Source: Clostridia bacterium
GTDB lineage: Bacteria > Bacillota > Clostridia > TANB77 > CAG-508
Assembly (NCBI GenBank): GCA_022791395.1
Contig: JAAVZA010000038.1
Span: 2,061 to 66,060 of the forward strand
DNA: 64,000 nucleotides
Direction of reading: 5' to 3'
The position numbers and the translations under genes are program-made. Of this stretch, positions 40,651 to 49,067 are shown piece by piece; the first letter of the stretch is position 1, and each line of letters begins with the position of its first letter. Under the pieces are notes generated by a model. It was not told the DNA's origin. It did not search any database and saw nothing but the letters and a program-made list of their open reading frames with translations.

Positions 40651-41220
40651 TTGCAAAAGAAAATTATAAAAACTATAATTATAATAACAGCAATAATATT
40701 GATATCAATACTACTATTTGGGGTATTAAAAATTCAAAATATAGTATTAAAGAAGATATATCCAATTAAATATTCGGAATATGTATATAAATATGCAAAG
40801 GAATATAATGTGGATCCAACCCTTGTATTTGCAATAATAAAAGCTGAAAGTAATTTTAATCCTAATGTAGTATCTTCAAGTAATGCAATAGGACTTATGC
40901 AATTAATGGATGCAACAGCAGAAGAAATAGCAAGAAAATTAGAAATTAATTTTATAGAAAAAAAGTCGTTATATAATCCAGAATTAAATATACAACTTGG
41001 TACAAAATATTTTTCTAATCTAATGAAAGAATATAACAATAATTATTTATTAGCATTAACAGCATATAATGCTGGAATTGGTAATGTAAAGAGATGGATA
41101 GAACAAGGAATTATAAAAGAAGATGGTAGTGATATTGAAAATATACCTTTTAAGGAAACCAACAATTATGTAAGAAAGATTTTGAGAGATTACAAGATAT
41201 ATGAAGAACTTTACAAATAA
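40651..41220 (+). CDS. Lytic transglycosylase (SLT domain), membrane anchored
   Basis: TTG start after AGGAGAG. AESNFNPNVVSSSNAIGLMQLM and AYNAG motifs. Confidence 0.8.
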   Translation: MQKKIIKTIIIITAIILISILLFGVLKIQNIVLKKIYPIKYSEYVYKYAKEYNVDPTLVFAIIKAESNFNPNVVSSSNAIGLMQLMDATAEEIARKLEINFIEKKSLYNPELNIQLGTKYFSNLMKEYNNNYLLALTAYNAGIGNVKRWIEQGIIKEDGSDIENIPFKETNNYVRKILRDYKIYEELYK

Positions 41221-41256
41221 TCAACATAAAATTTAGAAAAGGTGCATAAAATATAA

Positions 41257-41285
41257 TTGACATATGCAAAAACATATGTTATCAT
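41257..41285 (+). promoter_or_regulatory. Sigma-A type promoter (TTGACA, 17 nt spacer, TATCAT) driving the repeat RNA
   Basis: TTGACA at 41257-41262 and TATCAT at 41280-41285. The spacer contains the LexA-like AAACATATGTTA (41270-41281). Confidence 0.6.
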
Positions 41286-41291
41286 ACTATT

Positions 41292-41394
41292 AACAAATAG
41301 GTTTCGCAACCCTACTTGCGAAGAACAAATGCGTAGGTGAACAAATAGGTTTCGCAACCCTACTTGCGAAGAACAAATGCGTAGGTGAACAAAT
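41292..41394 (+). repeat. Perfect 48-nt direct tandem repeat, 2 full copies plus 7 nt
   Basis: Read directly from the sequence. Each unit can form stem TTCGCAA/TTGCGAA, and its loop CCTAC can pair with the downstream GTAGG (H-type pseudoknot). Confidence 0.95.
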
Positions 41395-41400
41395 TTAATA

Positions 41401-41441
41401 GGGGGTTACTAATATTTTAATAGTAACCCCTCTATTTTTTT
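41401..41441 (+). terminator. Rho-independent terminator between the repeat RNA and the toxin gene
   Basis: Stem GGGGGTTACTA / TAGTAACCCC followed by TCTATTTTTTT. Confidence 0.85.
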
Positions 41442-41541
41442 ATTTTATAAGCAGTTATAGTTCAAGACATATTACTACATTCGTACTAATTTATTATTAT
41501 AGACTGAATATTAACTGTAAGCAAGTAGGAGGAAAAGAAAT

Positions 41542-42045
41542 ATGAAGGTTGAAGAAGGAAGATTTTATTTTTTAAAAGACAGTTTTTTCGAGAAGATGAA
41601 AGACACTAATTTATCGAACAATAAAGATAATGGAAATAAAAGACCATGTTATTATTGTTTTAAAGATAAGGAATATAACGAATTATTATGGTTTATACCA
41701 ATAAGTTCTAAAGTAGAAAAATATCAAAAAATATATATAGAAAAATTGAAAAAATATAAAAGAGTTGATACTTTAGTTTTTGGTAAGGTTAGTGGCAAAG
41801 AAAGAGTATTTTTAATACAAAATATGTTTCCAACAATAGAAAAGTATATTGAAGAAGTATATGTTAGGAAGAATTGTAAAGTAAAAGTAACAAATAGTTT
41901 AGAAAAAGAAATAAAAGAAAAAGCGAATCTTGTATTAGAAATCACTAAGAAAGGGAAAAGAGTGGTTTTCCCAGACATAATAAAGATGAGAGAAATATTA
42001 CTAGAAGAAATAGCTATAAAATCATTTACAAATAATAAGGGGTGA
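41542..42045 (+). CDS. Type III toxin-antitoxin system toxin, ToxN/AbiQ-like (CptN-like) endoribonuclease
   Basis: 167 aa. GRFYFLKDSFFEKMKD..., KRPCYYCFKDKEYNELLWFIPISSKVEKY and VFLIQNMFP parallel remembered ToxN/AbiQ blocks. The genetic context (repeats, terminator, toxin) is diagnostic. Confidence 0.75.
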   Translation: MKVEEGRFYFLKDSFFEKMKDTNLSNNKDNGNKRPCYYCFKDKEYNELLWFIPISSKVEKYQKIYIEKLKKYKRVDTLVFGKVSGKERVFLIQNMFPTIEKYIEEVYVRKNCKVKVTNSLEKEIKEKANLVLEITKKGKRVVFPDIIKMREILLEEIAIKSFTNNKG

Positions 42046-42077
42046 TATATAATAGCAAATATGAAGGAGGAACGGTT

Positions 42078-43079
42078 ATGTCAGTTTTAGTTACAGGTGG
42101 AGCAGGTTATATTGGAAGCCATACAGTAGTAGAATTATTGAATAGTGGAAAAGATGTTGTTATAATAGATAATTTTTCAAATAGTAAGCCAGAAGTATTA
42201 GATAAAATCAAAGAAATTACAGGTAAAGATTTTAAGTTTTATGAAATAGATTATTTAGATAGAAAAGCTTTAGAAAAAGTGTTTGAGGAAAACAAAATTG
42301 ATGCAGTTTTAAATTTTGCAGGATATAAAGCGGTTGGTGAATCTGTTCAAAAACCGATTGATTATTATACAAATAATGTTTCAGGAGCATTAGTATTACT
42401 AGATACTATGAAAAAATATGAGGTAAAAACGTTTGTGTTTAGTTCTTCTGCAACAGTATATGGAGATCCAGAAAAAGTACCAATTACAGAAGAATGTAAA
42501 ACTGGTGGAACAACAAATCCATATGGAACATCAAAACTGTTTATTGAACAAATTTTAAAAGATATTTATACATCAGATCCAACTTGGAACATATGTATAT
42601 TAAGATATTTTAATCCAGTAGGAGCACACCAAAGTGGACTAATTGGAGAAGAACCACAAGGAATACCAAACAACTTAATGCCATACATAGTAAGAGTTGC
42701 AAAGGGTACACTAAAAGAATTATCAGTATTTGGAAATGATTATAACACCAAGGATGGAACAGGGGTAAGAGATTATATTCACGTAGTAGATTTAGCAATT
42801 GGACATATAAAAGCCTTAGATAAACTAGAAAAAGAGAGGAAGGGATTATTTATTTATAATCTTGGTACAGGAAATGGATATAGTGTACTAGATATGGTAA
42901 AATCTTTTGAAAAAGCTACTAAAAAAGAAGTTGCATACAAAATTGCACCAAGACGTTCAGGAGATATTGCTGCTTGTTATGCAGATCCTAAAAAAGCAGA
43001 AGAAGAATTAGGATGGAAAGCAAAACTTGGTATAGATGATATGTGTAGAGATTCTTGGAATTATATAAAGGAAAAATAA
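42078..43079 (+). CDS. galE: UDP-glucose 4-epimerase
   Basis: ATG at 42078 after GAAGGAGGA. MSVLVTGGAGYIGSH, SSSATVYG and YGTSK motifs. Confidence 0.9.
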   Translation: MSVLVTGGAGYIGSHTVVELLNSGKDVVIIDNFSNSKPEVLDKIKEITGKDFKFYEIDYLDRKALEKVFEENKIDAVLNFAGYKAVGESVQKPIDYYTNNVSGALVLLDTMKKYEVKTFVFSSSATVYGDPEKVPITEECKTGGTTNPYGTSKLFIEQILKDIYTSDPTWNICILRYFNPVGAHQSGLIGEEPQGIPNNLMPYIVRVAKGTLKELSVFGNDYNTKDGTGVRDYIHVVDLAIGHIKALDKLEKERKGLFIYNLGTGNGYSVLDMVKSFEKATKKEVAYKIAPRRSGDIAACYADPKKAEEELGWKAKLGIDDMCRDSWNYIKEK

Positions 43080-43083
43080 AAAG

Positions 43084-43119
43084 TTTGATAGTTGCATATG
43101 AGCAACTATCAAATTTTTT
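43084..43119 (+). terminator. Rho-independent terminator
   Basis: 12-bp stem TTTGATAGTTGC / GCAACTATCAAA followed by T6. Confidence 0.85.
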
Positions 43120-43174
43120 ATTTTCTTAATATACAAAATTCACCAAAAATTCACAAAAATATACTTTTAATTGG

Positions 43175-43203
43175 TTTACATATTGTGTAAAAATTGCTAT
43201 AAT
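43175..43203 (+). promoter_or_regulatory. Sigma-A type promoter (TTTACA, 17 nt spacer, TATAAT)
   Basis: TTTACA at 43175-43180 and TATAAT at 43198-43203. This places the track TTG start (43171) upstream of the promoter. Confidence 0.55.
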
Positions 43204-43230
43204 AGGAAATATGTAAAAAGGGGAAAACAA

Positions 43231-44100
43231 ATGGAAGAAATAATGGAAAAAGTAGATGAAGTAGAAAATATAGTAAAACAAAAAGAACAATTACATAAAG
43301 AAAAGAAGAAATTTACTATTATGGGAATAAGTATATGGAGAATGCTTGCATATTTTATTATTTATAGTGTGGTTGGCTTTATTATTGAAACAGCGTTTGG
43401 ATTTGTTACAAAAGGAGTAATAGAGAGTAGACAAAGTTTTTTATATGGGCCATTTTGTGCTATTTATGGTGTTGGAGCAGTAATTATGATTCCAATATTA
43501 AAAAAATTTAATAAAAATAATTATACTTTGTTTTTTGGAGGATTTGTTATTGGTTCTTTTGTAGAATATATAATTAGTCTAATTGGAGAATTTATATTCC
43601 ATATTAAATGGTGGGATTATTCGGAAATGGCATTTAATATAAATGGAAGAATATGTATTGCATTTTCGTTCTTTTGGGGAATTTTAGCAATTTATTTAAT
43701 GAGTCATTTTAATCCTATAATAGATAGATGGATTAATAATATAAAAGAAAAAGTGCCAACAAAAACTTTAAAGACAGTATGTGTAACTATTATTATATTT
43801 CTATTTATAGACTTTTTAGTAAGTAGTTTTGCACTTAAAATGTTCTTTACAAGAATTGTAGCAAAATATAACTTAGAGCTTGATACATATGACGAATACA
43901 TATTTGAATGTGCAGAGGCTTACAAAAATGAAGATATAAAAAACTTTACATTAAAATATTTTTCAGATGAAAAAATGTTAAAAACTTTTCCAAATATTAA
44001 ATTAACAGGAAAAGATGGAAATATAATATTTGTTAAAGACATATTGAGCGATATACAACCATACTATATAAAAGTATTTACACCAATACGAGAAAAGTAA
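43231..44100 (+). CDS. Membrane protein, ABC_trans_CmpB / DUF1113-like
   Basis: ATG at 43231. YFIIYSVVGFIIETAFGFV...FLYGPFCAIYGVGAV pattern typical of the family. Confidence 0.6.
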   Translation: MEEIMEKVDEVENIVKQKEQLHKEKKKFTIMGISIWRMLAYFIIYSVVGFIIETAFGFVTKGVIESRQSFLYGPFCAIYGVGAVIMIPILKKFNKNNYTLFFGGFVIGSFVEYIISLIGEFIFHIKWWDYSEMAFNINGRICIAFSFFWGILAIYLMSHFNPIIDRWINNIKEKVPTKTLKTVCVTIIIFLFIDFLVSSFALKMFFTRIVAKYNLELDTYDEYIFECAEAYKNEDIKNFTLKYFSDEKMLKTFPNIKLTGKDGNIIFVKDILSDIQPYYIKVFTPIREK

Positions 44101-44114
44101 ATTTATAAAAAAGG

Positions 44115-47100
44115 ATGTTGAATAAAATGATTTCAAATTATAGTGTAAAAAAACCATTTACTGTATTTGTTGCAGTAATATTAATTATTATTTTAGGAGT
44201 AATTTCATTTACGAGTATGACTACAGATCTATTACCTAAAATGGATTTGCCATATGCAATTATTATGACTACATATGTAGGAGCAAGTCCTGAAAAAGTA
44301 GAAAATGTTGTTACAAAACCATTAGAACAATCTATGTCTACGATAGGTAATATAAAAAATGTATCTTCTATATCAAGTGAAAATTCTTCAGTAGTTATAT
44401 TAGAGTTTTCAAATGATGTAAATATGGATTCTGCATTAATTGAAATAAATTCTAAATTAGATTTAATAAAAGCTGCATGGAAGGATGATATGATAGGCTC
44501 ACCAATGGTATCTAAAATAAATCCAAACATGATGCCTATTATGCTTACAGCAGTAGATATTCAAGGTATGGACAATGCAGAAATTACAGAATTGGTGAAT
44601 AATAAAATAATGCCAGAACTTGAAAGAATAGATGGAGTAGCAAGTGTAAGTGCTACTGGATTATTAGAAGAGCAAATAAAAGTTAATTTAAATCAAGATA
44701 AAATAGATGAAATAAATAAAAAAATATTAAATAGTGTAAATAGTAAATTATCTAAAACACAAGCTGAACTAAATAGTGCTAAAAGCAAATTAAATGAAGG
44801 AAAAGAAACATTAAAAAAACAATCTAATGAACAAACAGCAAAATTAATAGATGGATTAAGTGCTATAAAAGCAGGAAGTGCTAAAATAGAATCAGCAAAA
44901 AATGAAATTGAAACAAAAGAGCAAGGACTAAAAATAGCTAAAGATACATTAAATACAACGATAAAAGGAATGGATACATTACTTAATAAACTAAATAATG
45001 AAAAAGCTGAACTTGTTAAATTGGGGAATAATTTAACTGATGAGCAAAAAATAAAATTAGAGGCATTAAATAGTAGTATATCAAAAACAGAAGGATTAAA
45101 AAAAGAAACAAATTCAAAGCTTGAAGAAATAAATTCTGGACTAAACCAAATATCTGTAGGTAAAATAGAATTAAATAAACAAAAAGAAAATCTTGTAAGA
45201 CAAGAAAAAGATTTAGAAATGGCAAAAGTAACTTTAACTAAAGAGCTTAGTAAAGCAGAGCAGGCTTTAGCTACAAGCGAAACTGAATTAAATAATGGAA
45301 TTAAACAATTTGAACAGGCAAGAGACCAAGCACTAAAAAGTGCATCAATAGATGGTATTATAACTATTGATATGATTTCTAACATATTAAAAGCTGAAAA
45401 CTTTTCTATGCCAGCAGGCTATATTGAAACTTCAAACGATAAAATGATTATTAAAGTTGGAGAAAAGTTTAACAATGTAGATGAAGTTAAGAACTTAAAA
45501 ATATTATCTTTTGACATAGAAGGACTTGAAAATATTACTTTAAATGATTTAGCAGACATAGAATTTACAGATAATTCAAGTGAAATTTATGCTAAAGTAA
45601 ATGGAAATAATGGTATTGTTTTAACCTTCCAAAAGCAAAGTACAGCATCAACAGCAGATGTTTGTAAAGATATAGAGAATAAAATGGATAAATTGGAAAC
45701 ACAAAATGAAAACTTAAGATTTACAACACTTATGAATCAAGGAGTTTACATAGACATCATTATAAATTCAGTATTAGATAACTTAGTTTATGGAGGAATA
45801 CTTGCAGTTATAATTTTATTTGTATTCTTAAAAGATTACAAACCAACACTTATAATAGCACTATCTATACCAATAAGCTTAACATTTGCAATAGCACTTA
45901 TGTATTTTACAGGAGTAACAGTAAATATTATATCTTTATCAGGTCTTGCATTAGGTGTAGGAATGCTTGTAGATAACTCTATTGTTGTTATAGAAAATAT
46001 ATATAGATTACGTAACAGTGGAGCAAGTGTGAAAGAAGCAGCCATTAAAGGTGCTTCAAGTGTTGCAGGTGCTATTACATCATCAACCTTAACTACTGTA
46101 TGTGTATTTTTACCAATTATATTTATTGAAGGTATATCAAGACAATTATTTACAGATATGGGCTTAACTATTGCTTATTCATTGCTTGCAAGTTTAATTG
46201 TGGCAATAACATTAGTACCAGCAATGGCTTCAAAAATGTTTAAAGAAACCAAAACAAAGAAAGATATTTTCTTTGATAAAGTAATTACATTATATGAAAA
46301 ATTACTTAAAGTTGCATTAAAACATAAAATAATAGTAGTCCTAACGGCACTTATATTACTTATAGGAAGTTTTATGCTTACAGGAATAATGGGAACAGCA
46401 TTTATACCGAGTGTTGATGGAGAACAAATATCTATAAGCATGGAAACACCAAAAGAAGTTACAAGTGAAGAAACAAAGAACATAGCAGATGAAATAATAG
46501 AGAAATTACTAACTATTGACGAGATAGAAGAAATTGGTGCACTAGATTCTGGAACAATGAGTTCTATATCAAGTCTTTCAGGAGGAAATAGTAATTCAAT
46601 TAGTATGTATGCTATTTTAAAAGAAGATAGAAAAGGAACTAATGCTGAAATTGCAAATAAAATTTATGAATTAACAAATGGTATGAACTGCGAAATTTCT
46701 GTTAGTACTTCTGAAATGGATATGTCTTCTATGATGACCTCTGGTGTACAAATTGTAGTAAAAGGAACAGATACAGACAAATTACAAGAAATTGCAAAAG
46801 AAGTAGCTGGGTTACTAAAGGGAATAGAAGGAATAGATAAAATAGATTCTGGGGTAAGCGAAACTTCAAAAGAAACGAGGGTTACAGTAGATAAGAATAA
46901 AGCAATGGAATATGGATTAACTGTTGCACAAGTTTATTCTAAGGTATCTAGTGAAATTTCAAATGAACAAGAAGCAACAACTATTACAGTAGATAATAAA
47001 GATTATCCTATTATAGTAGTAAAACCAGAAGAAAAAAGAATTACAAATGATAATTTAAATTCTATTATATTAGAAGGAAAAAAGAATAATGAAACAGTAG

Positions 47101-47819
47101 ATGTTAAACTTGGGGATATAGCAAGTATAGAAGAAAAAGATGGACTAAGTTCAATTTCACACGATAATGGAGAAAAATATGTTACAGTATCAGCTACTAT
47201 AAAACAAGATGCAAATGTTGGAATTGTAGGAAGACAAATAGAAAATAAACTAAAAGAATATAGTGCTCCAGATGGATATAGTGTGGAAATACAAGGAGAA
47301 AGTGAAACAATTAATCAATCTTTACAAGATTTAGTAAAAATGATTGCACTTGCAATTGTATTTATATATCTAATAATGGTGGCACAGTTCCAATCATTAA
47401 AATCACCATTTATAGTAATGTTTACAATACCACTTGCATTTACAGGAGGATTATTTGCATTATTTATAACAGGATGTGAAATAAGTTTAATTGCAATGCT
47501 TGGTTTCTTAATGCTTGCAGGAATAGTTGTAAATAACGGAATAGTATTTATAGATTATGCAAATAATTTGAGAAGTGAAAAAGGATTAAAAATAAAAGAT
47601 GCGTTAATAGAAACAGGAAAAACAAGATTAAGACCAATTCTTATGACAGCTCTAACAACAATACTTGGTTTATCAACAATGGCATTAGGAATAGGCTCTG
47701 GTACAGAGATTATACAACCACTAGGTATAGTAACAATAGGAGGACTTGTGTATGCAACACTTCTAACACTATTCGTAATTCCTTGTTTATATATGATGAT
47801 GAATAAAGAGAAAAAGTAA
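44115..47819 (+). CDS. RND family efflux transporter permease (AcrB/SwrC-like) with a large coiled-coil insertion
   Basis: 1234 aa with 12-TM RND topology. The start may be the ATG at 44127. A ~225-aa K/E/L/N-rich coiled-coil segment (nt ~44667-45345) is inserted in the first extracytoplasmic domain. Confidence 0.85.
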   Translation: MLNKMISNYSVKKPFTVFVAVILIIILGVISFTSMTTDLLPKMDLPYAIIMTTYVGASPEKVENVVTKPLEQSMSTIGNIKNVSSISSENSSVVILEFSNDVNMDSALIEINSKLDLIKAAWKDDMIGSPMVSKINPNMMPIMLTAVDIQGMDNAEITELVNNKIMPELERIDGVASVSATGLLEEQIKVNLNQDKIDEINKKILNSVNSKLSKTQAELNSAKSKLNEGKETLKKQSNEQTAKLIDGLSAIKAGSAKIESAKNEIETKEQGLKIAKDTLNTTIKGMDTLLNKLNNEKAELVKLGNNLTDEQKIKLEALNSSISKTEGLKKETNSKLEEINSGLNQISVGKIELNKQKENLVRQEKDLEMAKVTLTKELSKAEQALATSETELNNGIKQFEQARDQALKSASIDGIITIDMISNILKAENFSMPAGYIETSNDKMIIKVGEKFNNVDEVKNLKILSFDIEGLENITLNDLADIEFTDNSSEIYAKVNGNNGIVLTFQKQSTASTADVCKDIENKMDKLETQNENLRFTTLMNQGVYIDIIINSVLDNLVYGGILAVIILFVFLKDYKPTLIIALSIPISLTFAIALMYFTGVTVNIISLSGLALGVGMLVDNSIVVIENIYRLRNSGASVKEAAIKGASSVAGAITSSTLTTVCVFLPIIFIEGISRQLFTDMGLTIAYSLLASLIVAITLVPAMASKMFKETKTKKDIFFDKVITLYEKLLKVALKHKIIVVLTALILLIGSFMLTGIMGTAFIPSVDGEQISISMETPKEVTSEETKNIADEIIEKLLTIDEIEEIGALDSGTMSSISSLSGGNSNSISMYAILKEDRKGTNAEIANKIYELTNGMNCEISVSTSEMDMSSMMTSGVQIVVKGTDTDKLQEIAKEVAGLLKGIEGIDKIDSGVSETSKETRVTVDKNKAMEYGLTVAQVYSKVSSEISNEQEATTITVDNKDYPIIVVKPEEKRITNDNLNSIILEGKKNNETVDVKLGDIASIEEKDGLSSISHDNGEKYVTVSATIKQDANVGIVGRQIENKLKEYSAPDGYSVEIQGESETINQSLQDLVKMIALAIVFIYLIMVAQFQSLKSPFIVMFTIPLAFTGGLFALFITGCEISLIAMLGFLMLAGIVVNNGIVFIDYANNLRSEKGLKIKDALIETGKTRLRPILMTALTTILGLSTMALGIGSGTEIIQPLGIVTIGGLVYATLLTLFVIPCLYMMMNKEKK

Positions 47820-47833
47820 ATAAAATTTTTATA

Positions 47834-47880
47834 AATAATTGACTATATACGATAAATGATGTAATATATAGTCAATTATT
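47834..47880. repeat. Perfect 16-bp inverted repeat (AT-rich hairpin; probable terminator)
   Basis: AATAATTGACTATATA at 47834-47849 and TATATAGTCAATTATT at 47865-47880, with a 15-nt loop. Confidence 0.6.
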
Positions 47881-47975
47881 TTATCTATAAAATAAAACTG
47901 TATTCATAGTTTTAAATTTCCCAAAATAATTGATTAATAATATTATTGATGTTATAATGAAGGAGGTAGTACTTT

Positions 47976-48242
47976 TTGCCAACAATTTCGCAATTTTATG
48001 GTATAGTTATAAGTATGTTTTTTAATGATAATGAACAACATCATTTACCACATATTCACGTAGAGTATTCTGGAAATAATGCAGCATATGATTTAGAAGG
48101 TAATCTTATTGTTGGAAATATACCAAATAAACAAAGAAAATTAGTAGAGGCTTGGATAGAGATACATAAGGAAGAATTAAATAGTTTGTGGCACATAGTT
48201 CAAGAGGGAAGAGAAGCTTTTAAAATAGAACCACTAAAATAA
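47976..48242 (+). CDS. DUF4160 domain protein
   Basis: TTG start after GGAGG. MPTISQFYGIVISMFFNDNEQHHLPHIHVEY is the typical family N-terminus. Confidence 0.7.
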   Translation: MPTISQFYGIVISMFFNDNEQHHLPHIHVEYSGNNAAYDLEGNLIVGNIPNKQRKLVEAWIEIHKEELNSLWHIVQEGREAFKIEPLK

Positions 48243-48262
48243 TTAAAATGGGGGGAATAATA

Positions 48263-48544
48263 ATGAATAATCAAATAGAACCAATGCCAGAAGAGGTAAA
48301 AGCATTAGAAGGATTTTTGTTATATATTAAATTTAAAAATGGAGAAGAAAGAATTTATGATATGAATGAAATGCTTAAGTTTGATTATTATAAGAATTTA
48401 AGGGATAAGGAAATATTTAAAACTGTAAAAACGTCTGGAGTGACTTTAATATGGAAAACAGGTGAAGATATCGCACCAGAAAAGATATATTTTGATAGTA
48501 TACCAGTTAATGAATACAAATTTAAAATTGAAATGATGAAATAA
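48263..48544 (+). CDS. DUF2442 domain protein
   Basis: ATG at 48263 after GGGGGG (the track start at 48248 is also possible). It follows the DUF4160 gene, the usual pairing. Confidence 0.6.
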   Translation: MNNQIEPMPEEVKALEGFLLYIKFKNGEERIYDMNEMLKFDYYKNLRDKEIFKTVKTSGVTLIWKTGEDIAPEKIYFDSIPVNEYKFKIEMMK

Positions 48545-48615
48545 TTTATTTAAAATAGAACAGTTAATTATTAATTGTTCTATTTTTATTGTAGGAATAA
48601 AAAATTAAAAAATTA

Positions 48616-48663
48616 TTGACTTTTTTTATAAAATATATTAACATATGAACATACGTGCATATG
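48616..48663 (+). promoter_or_regulatory. Promoter (TTGACT, 17 nt spacer, TAACAT) with an overlapping imperfect inverted repeat, likely the ArsR/CadC operator
   Basis: CATATGAAC at 48642-48650 and GTGCATATG at 48655-48663 match at 8 of 9 positions as a palindrome. The repeat overlaps the -10 region. Confidence 0.45.
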
Positions 48664-48683
48664 ATATATTAAGGAGGTAATTT

Positions 48684-49067
48684 ATGGAGGATAAAGAGCT
48701 AGAGTTTGTGTGTGGAGAAAATTGCCCACACTATAAAAAAATAAATGAAGTAAAAAATGTAGAACCAAATATTGAAGAAATTGTAAGTTTAGCTGATATG
48801 TTTAAATTATTTGCAGATAATACAAGACTTAGAATTATTTGTAGTATTTTAAATACAGAACTTTGTGTATGTGATTTATGCGAGCTTTTAGAAATGAATC
48901 AATCAACTGTATCTCATCAATTGGGATTACTTAGAAATGCTAAACTTGTAAAATATAGAAAAGAAGGAAAACAAGTTTATTATAGCCTACAAGATGAACA
49001 TGTTGAAAAGATTATCTCATTGAGTTTAGAACATATATTAGAGGAGGGAAATAAATATGGCATGTAA
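48684..49067 (+). CDS. ArsR/SmtB family metal-sensing transcriptional repressor (CadC-like)
   Basis: ELCVCDLCELLEMNQSTVSHQLGLLRNAKLV wHTH motif with a CVC metal site. Overlaps the ATPase gene by 11 nt. Confidence 0.85.
   Translation: MEDKELEFVCGENCPHYKKINEVKNVEPNIEEIVSLADMFKLFADNTRLRIICSILNTELCVCDLCELLEMNQSTVSHQLGLLRNAKLVKYRKEGKQVYYSLQDEHVEKIISLSLEHILEEGNKYGM

Larger units (their letters stand above)
41292..41441 (+). ncRNA. Type III antitoxin-like repeat RNA (ToxI/CptI-like): 2.15 x 48-nt tandem repeats plus a terminator
   Basis: Identical 48-nt units at 41292-41339 and 41340-41387 (AACAAATAGGTTTCGCAACCCTACTTGCGAAGAACAAATGCGTAGGTG), plus a partial AACAAAT at 41388-41394, then a terminator. 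It lies directly upstream of a ToxN/AbiQ-like gene. Confidence 0.75.

Noticed and set aside
41292-41394. CRISPR array or riboswitch interpretation of the 48-nt repeats
   Set aside because: The repeats are directly tandem with no spacers, there are only 2.15 copies, and no cas genes are present. The repeats-terminator-ToxN-like gene layout fits a type III TA system better than any riboswitch class I can recall.
44693-45385. 230-aa minus-strand ORF
   Set aside because: It is antisense to the coiled-coil-encoding part of the RND gene. Its Ser/Phe/Leu-rich translation is the mirror of a K/E/L-rich repeat.
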